Shown: positions 1 through 10,681 of the stretch, piece after piece
Layout: every line of letters starts with the position of its first letter
Position numbering within the stretch: position 1 is the stretch's first letter
Source: Dehalococcoidia bacterium
GTDB taxonomy: Bacteria > Chloroflexota > Dehalococcoidia > UBA2979
NCBI GenBank assembly: GCA_965262725.1
Contig: OZ253555.1
Span: 256,001-320,000, forward strand
Length of the DNA stretch: 64,000 nucleotides
Direction of reading: 5' to 3'
Translations under genes and position numbers: made by a program
Notes under the pieces: generated by a model
Databases searched by the model: none
What the model saw: only the letters and a program-made list of their open reading frames with translations
Told to the model about the DNA's origin: nothing

Positions 1-394
1 CATTGGAGAACGTGGTGGCGTTGAAGGGCTCGTCTGAGATGTTGAGGTCCTGAACAGCAAGTCGTAGCGCAGCCGCTCGCAGAACTGGCGCTCGCTGCGG
101 ATCGAGTAGAGCGCGATCAGCAGGCTCGCCTTGAGCAGGTGCTCGGGCGGGATCGAGGGCCGCCCCTCCGTTGAGTACATCGTGTCGAACAGCGGCGAGA
201 GCCGCCGCAGCACGGCATCGACGATCGGCTTGATGCGGCGAATCGGGTGGTCGTCCGGGATGAAGGAGTCCGGCGTCACCGCCAGCAGCATGTTGGTCTG
301 ACGCTCGGCGTCGCCTCGCATGGGGCAGCCTCCACGCTACGCCCCCGCCGCCAGCCACATCTTGCCAGACGATCAGGGGTTTTCCATCACCCTG
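1..394 (-). mobile_element. IS5-family element, left end and frameshifted transposase 5' part (ATG at 321), running off the window
   Basis: Minus-strand translation MRGDAERQTNMLL...DHPIRRIK...GRPSIPPEHLLKASLLIALYSIRSERQFCERLRYDLLF. The frame breaks near 50. Terminal IR-like CAGGGTGATGGAAAACCCC starts at 394. Confidence 0.8.
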
Positions 395-499
395 TTAGAA
401 GCTCGGCACAGGCTCCTCTACCGGACATCACGCGCAACCCCGCTGCGAGGATGGCGAAACGCCGCTCCGCCGGAGGAGGCCGCCACGTCGGCCTTGCGG

Positions 500-665
500 A
501 TAGGACCGTCCCTCATAGAAGCCGTTGCGCCGGGTGATGCGCTCGGGGCTGCGCTCCTCGAGGAGACTGCCCTGCACCCGCTTGACGCAGCCGTTGGTCT
601 GGGGCTTGCCGGCGCGGATGAAGCGCTGGCGGGCGCCAATCTGAGTGACCCTCTCGCCGAGGGAC
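500..665 (-). pseudogene. Integrase-core transposase fragment (IS481/IS3-like)
   Basis: IGARQRFIRAGKPQTNGCVKRVQGSLLEE resembles the P-x-T-N-G-x-x-E-R motif of rve transposases. Confidence 0.55.
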
Positions 666-667
666 CT

Positions 668-915
668 TAGCTTAGCCTCTTCAACTCGTTCAACGTCAGC
701 CCAGCGTACTTGGCCTTCCACTTGTAGAAGGTGGCTTCGCTCACTTCATCCCTGCGACATAACTCCACTGTCTTGGCCTCTGCCTCTGCCTCCTTCAGGA
801 CCGCTATGATCTGCTCCCCTGTGTAGCTCTTCCATGCCATGAGCTCTTTTTGCTATGTCCTATGTTACCCGGAGGACTCTCCTTACCACTTCTGCTCTTT
901 TCTGGGGTAATGTCA
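668..915 (-). mobile_element. IS3-family remnant (left IR plus truncated orfA)
   Basis: TGACATTACCCCAG end at 915. orfA-like translation MAWKSYTGEQIIAVLKEAEA...SEATFYKWKAKYAGL. Confidence 0.7.
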
Positions 916-957
916 ATACCTTTGTGCGCGCCCGTTTTGTTTGATTTAGTTACTGAG

Positions 958-3900
958 TCAGTTCCCGCCGTCAAGCTTGGAGACTCTAACGGTGTGAGTA
1001 TCTCCCGTATCTTCGACGACAGTGATTTCATAACCCCTTACAGTGATGCTTGTTCCTACCGGTAGGATAGGAGACTGGTCCATGATGCCCTCTCCGCCGT
1101 CGGTAGCGAATCTGATTGGCAATTTTCTCAGTGACGAATCCACCGTGTACACCACAACGCCGTCGTTGTTTACGAAATCTCGGTCATAGCCCTTAATCTG
1201 ACCTGCATCGTGGCCGATATTTCTTCGGCTCTCTATAACTATTACTTCAGTCTCGCCTACCGGGACTGCAATCATTGCCACTCCGTCACCGGGCCGAGCA
1301 ATCGCGGTCAGAGTGACGGTAGCTGACGGCTCGACGATGCATCGTATCTGCGCAGGATCAAGCCAACCGAGTTGCCATCTGCTCCATGCCAGCATCTCGT
1401 ACGGTTTCTGGGCGAACTCTGGCGCACTCCTAGGCGCAAGATAGAAGCCTTCCAGTCCCATCAATCCGGCCTCCACCTTTATCCATCTCATATCAGCAGG
1501 AGGGGATGGGATATTAAACGGATCGGGATACAGATCCGTGAGTCCGAGCACATGAGCCACTTCATGTGCGCCGAGATATCCCCAACCACCAGTGGTGTCA
1601 TTAAACACGTGATTAAAAACGAGGCCGATTTGAGCAGTCGGTATCAGCTTGTCGCTGATTTGGACGGCGCCGCCAGTCTGCCCGCTGAAGAAGTATGCGC
1701 TCGGTAGCACAGTGACTACTACATCAATCTCTGAGAAGTCCATCTCCGCGAGGGCAAGCTCAACCGCCTCGACGCTAATGTCTGAGGATATGACGCCCCC
1801 CCTCACTTGCACCAGGTCGTGAATATCGGTGAAGAAGGCGGCGAGGCTGTGGCGAGCTCGAAGCCAGCCGTGCAGCGGCACCATCTCGACGTCAAGTTTC
1901 CCGTAACTGGCCGTCTCCAAGTATTCCTCAACCGCAAAAAGATTTGTGCGGTTCGACGAAGAGTCGTAGTGTTCGGCTTCCGCGCGCGTGGAGTAATCTG
2001 CAACGGCATCTGGAAAGTCTACGAAGAGCACCGCTATCCGCAACTTGCCGACGGACGGTACCCACGCAGGGCGCGGAAAGCCAGCCGTCACACCTCCGAG
2101 GGCTCGGTCGGGGGGACGACACTCGAGAGCGCTGGCCGGAGCGGCCTCCTGCGGGAGGCGGGACCACCAATCGTTGGGCGCCGCCACGTCCTGGTTAGGT
2201 TCATAACGCTCGACTTGCGCGCAGCCTTCTTCAAGACCATCCCGGCTTCCTCCGTGCGCACTGAAAATGTAGATTTGCGACCACTGTGAAGCAATTTCAT
2301 TTACGAACAGGAGTTGTTCTCCATCGGGCGACCAAGCCGGTTGTCCGATGTCTCCTGGGAGGTAAGTAATGCGCCTTTCATCAGTTCCGTCAGCATTGAT
2401 CAAGACTATGGCGGTGCATTCACCCAAGTCCCTGGTGTATGCGATTTGTGAAGAATCGGGAGACCATGACATTCCCCCGCGCAGTCCTCCGACCGCATGG
2501 TTCGCGACAATCTCTCGCCTGTTGGAGCCGTCAGGCGCCATGAGCGCCAGTTGGCCGTGCTCTGTCACATACCCGATATTGGCGCCGTCGGGCGACCATG
2601 CTGGGCTACGCTCCTCCGTAGAACCGGCAGTGAGCGGTGTCTCGTTTGAGCCGTCAACGTCTATGGTCACGATATAGCGATCGCCTTCAAAAACGCGTGC
2701 GAAGACTATCTGGTTTCCATCTGGTGACCAGGAAGGGCTATTGTCCCAACCGGGGCCGCTCGTCAACTGCGCCATGTTGGATCCATTTGCTTCAATCACC
2801 CAGATGTGCCGCGCCCAGTAGGGATCGCCGCTCCCGCCGTTCTCTACGGCAAGGACCAACCTCGTACCATCCGGAGACCACGCAGTGCGGCTGGCGGCGC
2901 TCGCCCCAACACTGCCGTGTGGCTCATATCGATAGAGGTCACGCAGATGCTCGCCGTCGCGCTTCATAACCGAGACCCCGGCGTTCTGCACGTAGGCGAT
3001 TTCGGCACAATCTGACCTCCACGAGGGAGATCGGTTGCCTCCCAACGAGCCGGTGACCGGCACGGGCGTATCGTAGGTTCCATCTCCGCATGAACCGGTC
3101 ACAGGAGGCACCAACCCCAAAGGGATGACCGTGCCCGTCGTCAACTGGTTGCCGCCGAGGTTCAGCTCACTCAGGTTGGTGAGGTCATCCAGTGCGGCCG
3201 GGATGGGCCCCGTCAACTGGTTGCCGCTGAGGTCCAGGTGTTCGAGGTTAGTGAGGTTGCCCAGCTCGGCCGGGATCGGCCCTGTCAACTGGTTGGTCCC
3301 GAGGTGCAGCCCACTCAGGTTGGTGAGGTTGCCCAGCTCGGCCGGGATCGGCCCCGTCAACTGGTTAGCCCCGAGGTACAGCCCACTCAGGTTGGTGAGG
3401 TTGCCCAGCTCAGCCGGGATCGGCCCTGTCAACTGGTTGCCGCTGAGGTCCAGGTGTTCGAGGTTAGTGAGGTTGCCCAGCTCGGCCGGGATCGGCCCCG
3501 TCAACTGGTTGTCCTTGAGGACCAGCTCAGCGACACGGCCGTCGCTGTCCATGGTGACGCCGTGCCACTCATCGAGGGGCCTGTCACTCAGCCAGTTCGT
3601 GCCGGTGATCCAGCTTGCGCCACCCGAGGCGTTGTAGAGGGCGATCAGCGCCGCCCGGTCCGGCGATACCTCCGACTCCGGCAGGCTCACCGTGAGCGGC
3701 GTGCTCACCAGCCAGCGCCCGACTGAAGCCGCGGCCGGGAAGAACCGGGCCCGCGGCAGCAGCCGCTCGCTCCACTCACCGTCCGCCTCGCGCTCCCGTA
3801 GCGCGAACTCCGTGCGCCCGTCGGCGAGGCGCTGCGCCGTGATGCGTACCTCGGTCCCCGCGGCATCATCGCCAGCGCCCGGCGCGCGCACCGTGAGCGG

Positions 3901-4149
3901 CGTGCTCACCAGCCAGCGCCCGACTGAAGCCGTGGCCGGGAAGAACCGGGCCCGCGGCAGCAGCCGCTCGCTCCACTCGCCGTCCGCTTCGCGCTCCTGC
4001 AGCGCGAACTCGATGCGGTCGCTGGCGAGGCGCTGCGCCGTGATGCGCACCTCGGTCTCGTGGCTCGTACCGGAGGCGGTGATGGCGGTCATGCCCAGCA
4101 CCGCGATCAACCCCACCAGCGCCAGAACAGCCAGGCGTGCGCGCACCAC
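958..4149 (-). CDS. Secreted multidomain protein: duplicated N-terminal domain, LRRs, TolB-like (PD40) propeller and M6-like zinc metalloprotease
   Basis: Signal peptide; 24-aa LRR units (NQLTGPIPAELGNLTNL); repeated PxWSPDG motifs; HEVAH zinc motif with VLFVDFPD and LGLTDLY. Confidence 0.85.
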   Translation of the reverse strand: MVRARLAVLALVGLIAVLGMTAITASGTSHETEVRITAQRLASDRIEFALQEREADGEWSERLLPRARFFPATASVGRWLVSTPLTVRAPGAGDDAAGTEVRITAQRLADGRTEFALREREADGEWSERLLPRARFFPAAASVGRWLVSTPLTVSLPESEVSPDRAALIALYNASGGASWITGTNWLSDRPLDEWHGVTMDSDGRVAELVLKDNQLTGPIPAELGNLTNLEHLDLSGNQLTGPIPAELGNLTNLSGLYLGANQLTGPIPAELGNLTNLSGLHLGTNQLTGPIPAELGNLTNLEHLDLSGNQLTGPIPAALDDLTNLSELNLGGNQLTTGTVIPLGLVPPVTGSCGDGTYDTPVPVTGSLGGNRSPSWRSDCAEIAYVQNAGVSVMKRDGEHLRDLYRYEPHGSVGASAASRTAWSPDGTRLVLAVENGGSGDPYWARHIWVIEANGSNMAQLTSGPGWDNSPSWSPDGNQIVFARVFEGDRYIVTIDVDGSNETPLTAGSTEERSPAWSPDGANIGYVTEHGQLALMAPDGSNRREIVANHAVGGLRGGMSWSPDSSQIAYTRDLGECTAIVLINADGTDERRITYLPGDIGQPAWSPDGEQLLFVNEIASQWSQIYIFSAHGGSRDGLEEGCAQVERYEPNQDVAAPNDWWSRLPQEAAPASALECRPPDRALGGVTAGFPRPAWVPSVGKLRIAVLFVDFPDAVADYSTRAEAEHYDSSSNRTNLFAVEEYLETASYGKLDVEMVPLHGWLRARHSLAAFFTDIHDLVQVRGGVISSDISVEAVELALAEMDFSEIDVVVTVLPSAYFFSGQTGGAVQISDKLIPTAQIGLVFNHVFNDTTGGWGYLGAHEVAHVLGLTDLYPDPFNIPSPPADMRWIKVEAGLMGLEGFYLAPRSAPEFAQKPYEMLAWSRWQLGWLDPAQIRCIVEPSATVTLTAIARPGDGVAMIAVPVGETEVIVIESRRNIGHDAGQIKGYDRDFVNNDGVVVYTVDSSLRKLPIRFATDGGEGIMDQSPILPVGTSITVRGYEITVVEDTGDTHTVRVSKLDGGN
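3135..3525 (-). repeat. About five near-identical 72-bp tandem repeats encoding LRRs
   Basis: Repeated gtcaactggttg...gaggttgcccagctcggccgggatcggccc units. Confidence 0.9.
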
Positions 4150-5078
4150 GAACTCCCTGCCCTGTCGGAGCGGCGACCGTTCGAGTCGACCGCCAAGGTC
4201 ACACTATCTGCCCCGCGAGAGCACAGGCAGGTCGAATCACACCGATCGTTCTTGTCGAAAGAGACCGGTGACATTGGTACAAATTGTCGATCGCCAGGGT
4301 CATTGATCCACGCGTCGCCACGGTCATTAGACCACCCGGGACGCCGGTAGGCGGCTTGATATCAGTGAGCGTCTAGCGCGTCAATCACCTCCCGTCTGCG
4401 CCTCGAGCAGGGCGCGGTGCGGCGAGAGCCGCTGGCGGTAGCTATCGCCCTCGATCACGATCTGGTAGCTGGCGTTGGCGAGGCGGTCGAGGGCGCTGTT
4501 GCCGAGGATCGGGTCGTCGAAGAGACCCAGCCATTCCTCCACGGCGCGGTTCGAGGTGATGACGAAGCTGGAGCTGCGGTGGCGCCCGATGACCAGCTCG
4601 TAGAGGTCGATGGACTGCTGCGCGCTGAGGCGATGGAGCCCGAGGTCGTCGAGGATGAGCAGGTCGGGCGCGAGGAAGCTTCGAAAGACCTTCTCGGCCG
4701 AGTGGTCGACGCGGGCCTGCACCATCTCGCGGAAGTAGTGGTCGGCCGGGGCGAAGCGGACGCTGCGTCCGGAGCGGACGGCTGAGTAGCCGAGCGCCTG
4801 GGCTAAGAAGCTCTTGCCGACGCCGACGGGGCCGACGAGCAGGACGTGCTCGCGGCGGTCGAGGAAGTGCAGCGAGAAGGCGGCGTCGAGCAGGCGGCGG
4901 TCGAGCCGGATGGCGGCCGCCCAGTCGAAGTCCTCGAGGCGGCAGAGCTGCTCGAAGCCGGCCTGGCGCAGGCGCAGCTCCAACCGCCCGTGGTCGCGGC
5001 GGCTCACCTCGTCGACGAGGAGGATCTGCAGGAAGTCCGCGTAGTCGAGGTGGTCGCGCCGCGCGAGGGCGATGCGCT

Positions 5079-6499
5079 GAGATATCGTCAAGAGTTGTGG
5101 ATCGCTGGCCAGGGCAAGTTAGGCGGCGTACCTCCCGTGGCGTGCATCGTCGCTCGCATCCGGGCTGACGGCTCGTTCCTGTAGGACGCCATCGACGAAG
5201 ACGCCGCCCGCCCGGACGACGGCGACGAGATGCGGGGCATTCACCCGCCGCCAGCGCTGCTGCGCCGCGTCGAGCAGCTTGTAGGCCATCGCCAGTCCCG
5301 CCGACCGGGAGCCGGCGCCCTTCGTGACGCGCTGGCGCAGCCGGACCGTGGCGAAGGTGGACTCGATCGGGTTCGTTGTGCGCAGGTGCACGTGGTGCTC
5401 GGACGGGAAGTCGTGGAACGCGAGCAGCCGTTCGAGGTCGTCGGCGACCTTCGCTGTCGCCTTCGGCCACTGCGCGAACTGCCCGGCGAAGGCGCGCGCC
5501 GCATCCAGCGCCCCGGCGCGCGTCGCGGCTCCGGAGACGGTGTGGAGCGCCCGCGCCGCTTCCCCCTGGACGCGCTCGGGCAGCGCCGCCAGGACGTTCG
5601 CGGTCTTGTGCACCCAGCAGCGCTGCTCGCGGGTCCGGGGAAAGACCTCCCGCAGCGCCGCCCAGAACCCGAGCGCCCCGTCGCCGACGGCCAGCTCGGG
5701 GTCGCGCATGCCCCGCTCGCGCAGGTCCCGCAGCAGGTCGAGCCAGGACTGGGTGTCCTCACGGTAGCCGTCCTGCACGGCCACCAGCTCCTTGCGGCCG
5801 TCCGGGCGCACCCCGACCAGCACCAGGCAGCAGAGCCGGTCCTCCTCGAGACGCACGGTGAAGTGGACGCCGTCCGCCCAGAGGTAGACGTAGTCGACCT
5901 CGGCCAGGCTGCGTCGCTGCCAGCGCTCGTGCTCGGCCTGCCACGCCTCCGTGAGCCGCCCCACGGTCGAGGCGGAGAGCCCCGCCCCCGAGCCGAAGAA
6001 CGCCGACAGGGCGGGCAGGAAGTCGCCCGTCGAGAGCCCGCGCAGGTAGAGCAGCGGCAACACCTCGGTCACCTTGGGCGAGCGCCGCATGTAGGGCGGC
6101 AGAAGCGCCGAGATGTAGCGCTCGCCGGGACGGCGGTCGTCGACGCGCGGCGCCTGTACGGCGACCCGTCCCGCGGCGGTCGTGATCTCTCTCGCGCGGG
6201 CGTAGCCGTTGCCGACGACCACGCGGCGGCCCTCTCTATCGACCGCGCCCGCGTGGCGCTCGAGGTAGGCCTGCCGTTCGGCCTCCAGCGCCACCCCGAG
6301 CATCTCCTGGGCGGCCATGCGGCAGAGCTCGTCCAGTCCGACCTGCGTCCCCGGCCCCGCTTCCCGCTCGCCTCCCTCATGGACTATCCTCAACATCCGG
6401 CGTACTCCTCCCCGGCCGGCTTCCCGGCCACTCCTGTTGACTCAGGGAGGGTACGCCGCCTCTCTCTCCTGGCTCATCCACAACTTCTGGCTATACCTC
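5079..6499 (-). mobile_element. IS256-family element
   Basis: Imperfect IRs gagatatcgtcaagagttgtggat / gaggtatagccagaagttgtggat. 9-bp TSD CGATGCGCT at 5070-5078 and 6500-6508. Confidence 0.9.
5119..6396 (-). CDS. IS256-family transposase
   Basis: YLWADG, DGALGF, QRCWVHK and LRTTNPIESTF motifs. Confidence 0.92.
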   Translation of the reverse strand: MLRIVHEGGEREAGPGTQVGLDELCRMAAQEMLGVALEAERQAYLERHAGAVDREGRRVVVGNGYARAREITTAAGRVAVQAPRVDDRRPGERYISALLPPYMRRSPKVTEVLPLLYLRGLSTGDFLPALSAFFGSGAGLSASTVGRLTEAWQAEHERWQRRSLAEVDYVYLWADGVHFTVRLEEDRLCCLVLVGVRPDGRKELVAVQDGYREDTQSWLDLLRDLRERGMRDPELAVGDGALGFWAALREVFPRTREQRCWVHKTANVLAALPERVQGEAARALHTVSGAATRAGALDAARAFAGQFAQWPKATAKVADDLERLLAFHDFPSEHHVHLRTTNPIESTFATVRLRQRVTKGAGSRSAGLAMAYKLLDAAQQRWRRVNAPHLVAVVRAGGVFVDGVLQERAVSPDASDDARHGRYAA

Positions 6500-6580
6500 C
6501 GATGCGCTCGGGCAGGGTGTCGAGCATACGGCCGAGCTTGAGGCGCTTGAGCAGCGGGCGGAGGTCTGAGGTGGTGGCGG

Positions 6581-8161
6581 TCATCGTGGTGCTCCTGTCG
6601 GGGTCTGCGTGCGGGACTGGGCGAAGACGGAGCCCGAGCGGGCGAAGCGCCCCGGAGGCGGCGGCAGCTCGGGCTGGTCTGGGGTGCTCTCCTGGTCGAG
6701 GGCGCGGACGAGGATGCGCTCGAGGCGGCGCACGTCGATGAGGTCGACCTCGAGCGCGCGGCGGCAGGCGGCGTCGAGGCGGTCCGGGGAGTAGCGCTCG
6801 GCGAGGCGCAGCAGCTTGTGGCCCTGCCGCAGCTTCGCCCAGGGCAGGGAGCCCTCGAAGAGACGCTCGGCGTAGGCGCCCACGGCCTCCCCCAGCTCGG
6901 CGGCGCGGCGCTGTATCCAGTCGGGCGCCCGCCTGGTGTAGGGGGTGAGCTCGGCCGGGTAGTCGTTCGGGTCGGTGGCCCGGCCGCCCCGGCGCTGGCG
7001 CGGGTGGACCTTGATGAGCTGACCGCGGTGGTAGATGCGCACCAGCTTCGAGCCGAGCTGCACCTCGACCTTCTGGCGGGGCGGGCAGGCCGTGGACGGC
7101 ACCGAGTACAGGGCGTACTGGCAGGCGATGTGGTGGTCGGGATGGACCGTGGCGGTCCGCCAGTCGGGGACCTCGTAGGGCTCGCCGTCCCAGGGAGCGA
7201 GGAGAGGGAGCTCCTCCTCCCGGAAGACCTCGAGCGGGCGCCGGCGTGTCGTGCCGTGGATGCGCTGCCCCGCCACCTCCAGGCACCAGCTGCGGGCGGC
7301 GGAGCGCAGGTCGACGACGTCCCGGAAGTCGCCGCCCTTGAAGAGGCGCTCGCGCACGTAGGGGATGCTGCGCTCGACGCGCGGCTTGTCGCGGGGATGA
7401 CGCACGCGCGCGGGGTCGGTGATGAAGCCGCGGTGGCGGGCGTACTCGAGGAAGCCCCGCGTGAAGCGCGGGTGCAGCGCGTCGGCCCCGGCGACGGCGG
7501 CCGGGAAGTTATCGATGACGAGGTAGCGCGGCACGCCCCCGAAGAAGGCCCAGGCCTCCTCCAGGCCCTCGATCACAGCGTCCAGCTTCTGGCTGGTGGT
7601 GGGCCACACAAAGCAGTGGCGGGAGTAGCGCCAGACGACGACCAGCGCCCACACCGCGCGCCGGCGGCCGCTCTCGGGGTCCCGGATGAAGCCGAGGCGG
7701 CCGAAGTCCATCTCCGCCACCTCGCCCGGCGGCCCGTCGTCCATGCGCACGGTCGACGGCAGCCGGTGGCGCCAGCCGCGGCGCCGGATGAAACGCCGCA
7801 GCGTGGTGTAGGAGACCTCGCAGCCTCGTCCGGCGAGGAGCTCCTGGATGCGCGTCAGTTGCAGGCGGTCGGTCTCAAGCCAGCGCTCGATCCGCTCCGC
7901 CCAGGGCGAGAGCAGCTCCTCGCTCGGCGCCTCGACCTGCCGCGGGCCGGAGAGGCTCAGCGTCGCCAGCGCGGCGAGCTGCTCCTCACTCGGCTCGGGA
8001 CCGCCCGGCGTGAGGCCGGCCGCCTCGGCCGCCTCGACGTAGCGGCGCACCGTCACGCGCGATAGCCCCGTGCCGCTGGCGATGCGGCGCTGGCTGAGCC
8101 CCGCCTGCCAGCGTCGAATGATCTCCTGGATCTCCACCCCGTGTACCTCCCGGTAGGCCAT
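6581..8161 (-). CDS. istA: IS21 transposase IstA
   Basis: N-terminal HTH; PGEVAEMDFG, IDN and DKPRVER motifs. Confidence 0.92.
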   Translation of the reverse strand: MAYREVHGVEIQEIIRRWQAGLSQRRIASGTGLSRVTVRRYVEAAEAAGLTPGGPEPSEEQLAALATLSLSGPRQVEAPSEELLSPWAERIERWLETDRLQLTRIQELLAGRGCEVSYTTLRRFIRRRGWRHRLPSTVRMDDGPPGEVAEMDFGRLGFIRDPESGRRRAVWALVVVWRYSRHCFVWPTTSQKLDAVIEGLEEAWAFFGGVPRYLVIDNFPAAVAGADALHPRFTRGFLEYARHRGFITDPARVRHPRDKPRVERSIPYVRERLFKGGDFRDVVDLRSAARSWCLEVAGQRIHGTTRRRPLEVFREEELPLLAPWDGEPYEVPDWRTATVHPDHHIACQYALYSVPSTACPPRQKVEVQLGSKLVRIYHRGQLIKVHPRQRRGGRATDPNDYPAELTPYTRRAPDWIQRRAAELGEAVGAYAERLFEGSLPWAKLRQGHKLLRLAERYSPDRLDAACRRALEVDLIDVRRLERILVRALDQESTPDQPELPPPPGRFARSGSVFAQSRTQTPTGAPR

Positions 8162-8336
8162 CGCTGCTCCCTCCGCTGGGGATGCAGGCGATGGTGGCCG
8201 TACCGGCGACCCGGGCGGGCAGGAGTCCCTGACGGGGTGGATCAATGACCCTGGCGAAGTGGATCAATGACCCTGGCGATCTGGCGATTTCGTGGTCTAT
8301 AGACCTTGGCGATTCACACAAATGAACTCCTGCTAG

Positions 8337-9544
8337 GGCAAGTCTGATCAGGTGGGTCTAGCGACCCAGTTTCGCCGCGGTCAGGCGCTCTCAGGCGGAT
8401 TCCCGATGACAGTGGTCATATCCGCCCCCTCGCGGGCCCCTGTGGCTCCCCTCCTCGCCCCGTGTGGGGCGGGGAGGGCGCACTCCACCCACGGTCAGGC
8501 ACGGTGCGGCTTCGCGGTGAGCAGGTTGTGGAACCCCAGCAAGACCGCACACCGCTCGTGGTTCTTGAAGAGACCCCGGTACCGCACCTTGGCGTAGCCG
8601 AAGCGCCGCTTCACGCTGTAGAACGGGTGCTCCACCAGCGCTCGCACCGATGCCTTCCGCTTCTCCTCGACGGCCTCAGGACTCTCCGGGTCGAGCGCAC
8701 GCCGGAGGCCCGGGCGCATCGCCACGTTCCAGTCCTTGACCCTGGAGTCCGCGTTCTCGGGTCTCTTCTGCACGCCCCGGTACCCGGCGTCGCCGTAGAC
8801 CTCGGCTTCCTCGCCGTGCAGCAGGCGGTGCGTCTCAGACACGTCCGACACGTTCGCAGGCGTGGTCGTGAAGTTGTGGACCAGTCCAGTATCCCTGTCG
8901 GCGCCGATGTGCAGCTTCATCCCGAAGAACCACTGTTTCCCCTTCTTGGTCTGATGCATCTCCGGGTCCCGCGCCCGCCCGCGATTCTTCGTCGACGATG
9001 GCGCCGAGATGATGGTCGCATCCACGATGCTGCCCTCGCTCAGCTTCAATCCCTTGCTCGTGAGGTGCTCGTTGATGAGTTGGAGGATCCTGCTACCCAG
9101 GGAGTGGCGCTCGAGCAGGTGCCGGAAGTTGAGGATCGTCGTCTCGTCGGGGATGGGCTCGGAGAGCGTGAGGAAGCAAAAGGCTCGCACCGACTCGGCC
9201 TCGTGGAGCAGATCCTCCATGCCGGGGTCGCTGAGGTTGTAGCAGAGTTGCACGGTATGGATGCGCAGCATCACGGAGAGCGGGTAGGGCCTCCGCCCGC
9301 GGCCCGGTTTCGGGTAGTGGGGCTCGATGGCTGCTTCGAACCTCTGCCACGGGACGAGGCCATCCAGCCGTTCGAGGAACTTCTGGCGGCGCGTCTTGTA
9401 GCCATCCCGCTCGAACTCGACTCTCGCGAATGTCGGCTGATGCATGGCAGCGCTCCCCTTTCCCGGAGGAGTGCCATGATCGCATATAGTCATCGGAGTG
9501 TGCATGTGCTCCAGTAACGACGCGGCGACCTGTTCAGAGAACCC
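8337..9544 (-). mobile_element. IS5-family element
   Basis: CTAG on both flanks (8333-8336, 9545-9548). IRs ggcaagtctgatcagg / gggttctctgaacagg. Confidence 0.88.
8495..9445 (-). CDS. IS5-family transposase
   Basis: VDATII, FGMKLHIG, GDAGYRG and RALVEHPF motifs. Confidence 0.92.
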   Translation of the reverse strand: MHQPTFARVEFERDGYKTRRQKFLERLDGLVPWQRFEAAIEPHYPKPGRGRRPYPLSVMLRIHTVQLCYNLSDPGMEDLLHEAESVRAFCFLTLSEPIPDETTILNFRHLLERHSLGSRILQLINEHLTSKGLKLSEGSIVDATIISAPSSTKNRGRARDPEMHQTKKGKQWFFGMKLHIGADRDTGLVHNFTTTPANVSDVSETHRLLHGEEAEVYGDAGYRGVQKRPENADSRVKDWNVAMRPGLRRALDPESPEAVEEKRKASVRALVEHPFYSVKRRFGYAKVRYRGLFKNHERCAVLLGFHNLLTAKPHRA

Positions 9545-9569
9545 CTAGGTCCGCCGATGCCACGCGGCT

Positions 9570-10005
9570 CACGAACCGGCTGCGCGACGCCCTCACCGGT
9601 CTCTCACCGGCCCTGGAGCGCGTACTGGGCCCCAAGCTCCACAAGGCGGGGGCACGGGACCTGCTCGCCCGCTACCCGACACCGCAGGCGCTGGCCACGG
9701 CGGGTCGCGGCCGCATCGCGCCGACGCTCCGGAAACGCTCGCCGCGCCTCGCGAAGGCGCTCACAGAGGCCGTCACCGAGGCCCTCGACGCCCAGACCGT
9801 GGTCGTACTCGGCTCGGTCGCGATGGGTCGGGTGATCGCTGAGGTCGCGACCGAGCTGGAGCGCACGCAGCAGCGGCGGGAGCGGCTCGGCGCGGAGATC
9901 GGGGAGCTCTTCGAGGCCCACCCTTTCGGCCTCATCCTCAGCTCCCTGCCGGGGGTCGGGCCGAGGACGGGGGCGCGGATGCTCACCGAGATCGGTGACA
10001 TCCCG
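9570..10005 (+). pseudogene. IS110-family transposase internal fragment
   Basis: HPFGLILSSLPGVGPRTGARMLTEIGDI; truncated at both ends. Confidence 0.7.
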
Positions 10006-10681
10006 GGCCCTCATCGATCTCGCGGCGAGCACGTGCAGTCTTCACCTCCGCCGCCGCCACGCGCGCCGGGCCGCGGCGGTTAGGGGGAAGAGTGCCGGGG
10101 GGCGACCGAATTCCAGTCGACATCGCTGGTCGATCCACTCGAACGGAGGGTCCTCGTGTCGAATTCCGATCGATGTCGCTCAAGACGGGCCGCCGGAGAG
10201 TGCTCGGGTCCCGTCAAGCTCCGCCGGGCCGGTCGCACGGAGCGAACGTCCCGGACCAACGAGTGGGGCGGGATCGAAACAGTCCGTCCGGCGGCGTCGT
10301 GATCTCCCCGGAGGAATAGAGCTGGCCCTCCAGGCGGTCGCCGCAGCACTCGATGGAGCCGTCGGTCCTGAGCCCCGCCGCCTGATGACGAACGATCTGA
10401 CAGCTCATGGAACCATCCGGACGCGGCGAGCGTATATCTTGGCAAGGAGGGTACCGGCGCACATCGACCAGCGGCGCTGACCCTACCCCACGACCCGCGG
10501 AGCGTGAGCGTGTGTGCCCGGCGACGGCTTCGCCCTGCGCTGTCAGGACGATGTCGCGACCCAGGTCTGGCCGGCGCGTGCCGCTCACGAACCGGAGCCG
10601 CGGCAGCCGCTGCGGAGCCGGCTTCTTCGGGATGCCCTGACCCGCGCAGCCAAGGAGGCTCACGTGCGACCACCACAGCGG

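Larger units (their letters stand above)
4381..6584 (-). pseudogene. istB: IstB ATPase split by IS256
   Basis: The 5' part MTATTSDLRPLLKRLKLGRMLDTLPERI joins ALARRDH... after the IS is removed. Walker A GPVGVGKS and Walker B LLILDD are present. Confidence 0.9.
4285..8318 (-). mobile_element. IS21-family element (istA-istB) carrying a nested IS256
   Basis: TG...CA ends with multiple internal repeats (cgccagggtcattgatccac). 5-bp TSD CAAAT at 4280-4284 and 8319-8323. Confidence 0.9.
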
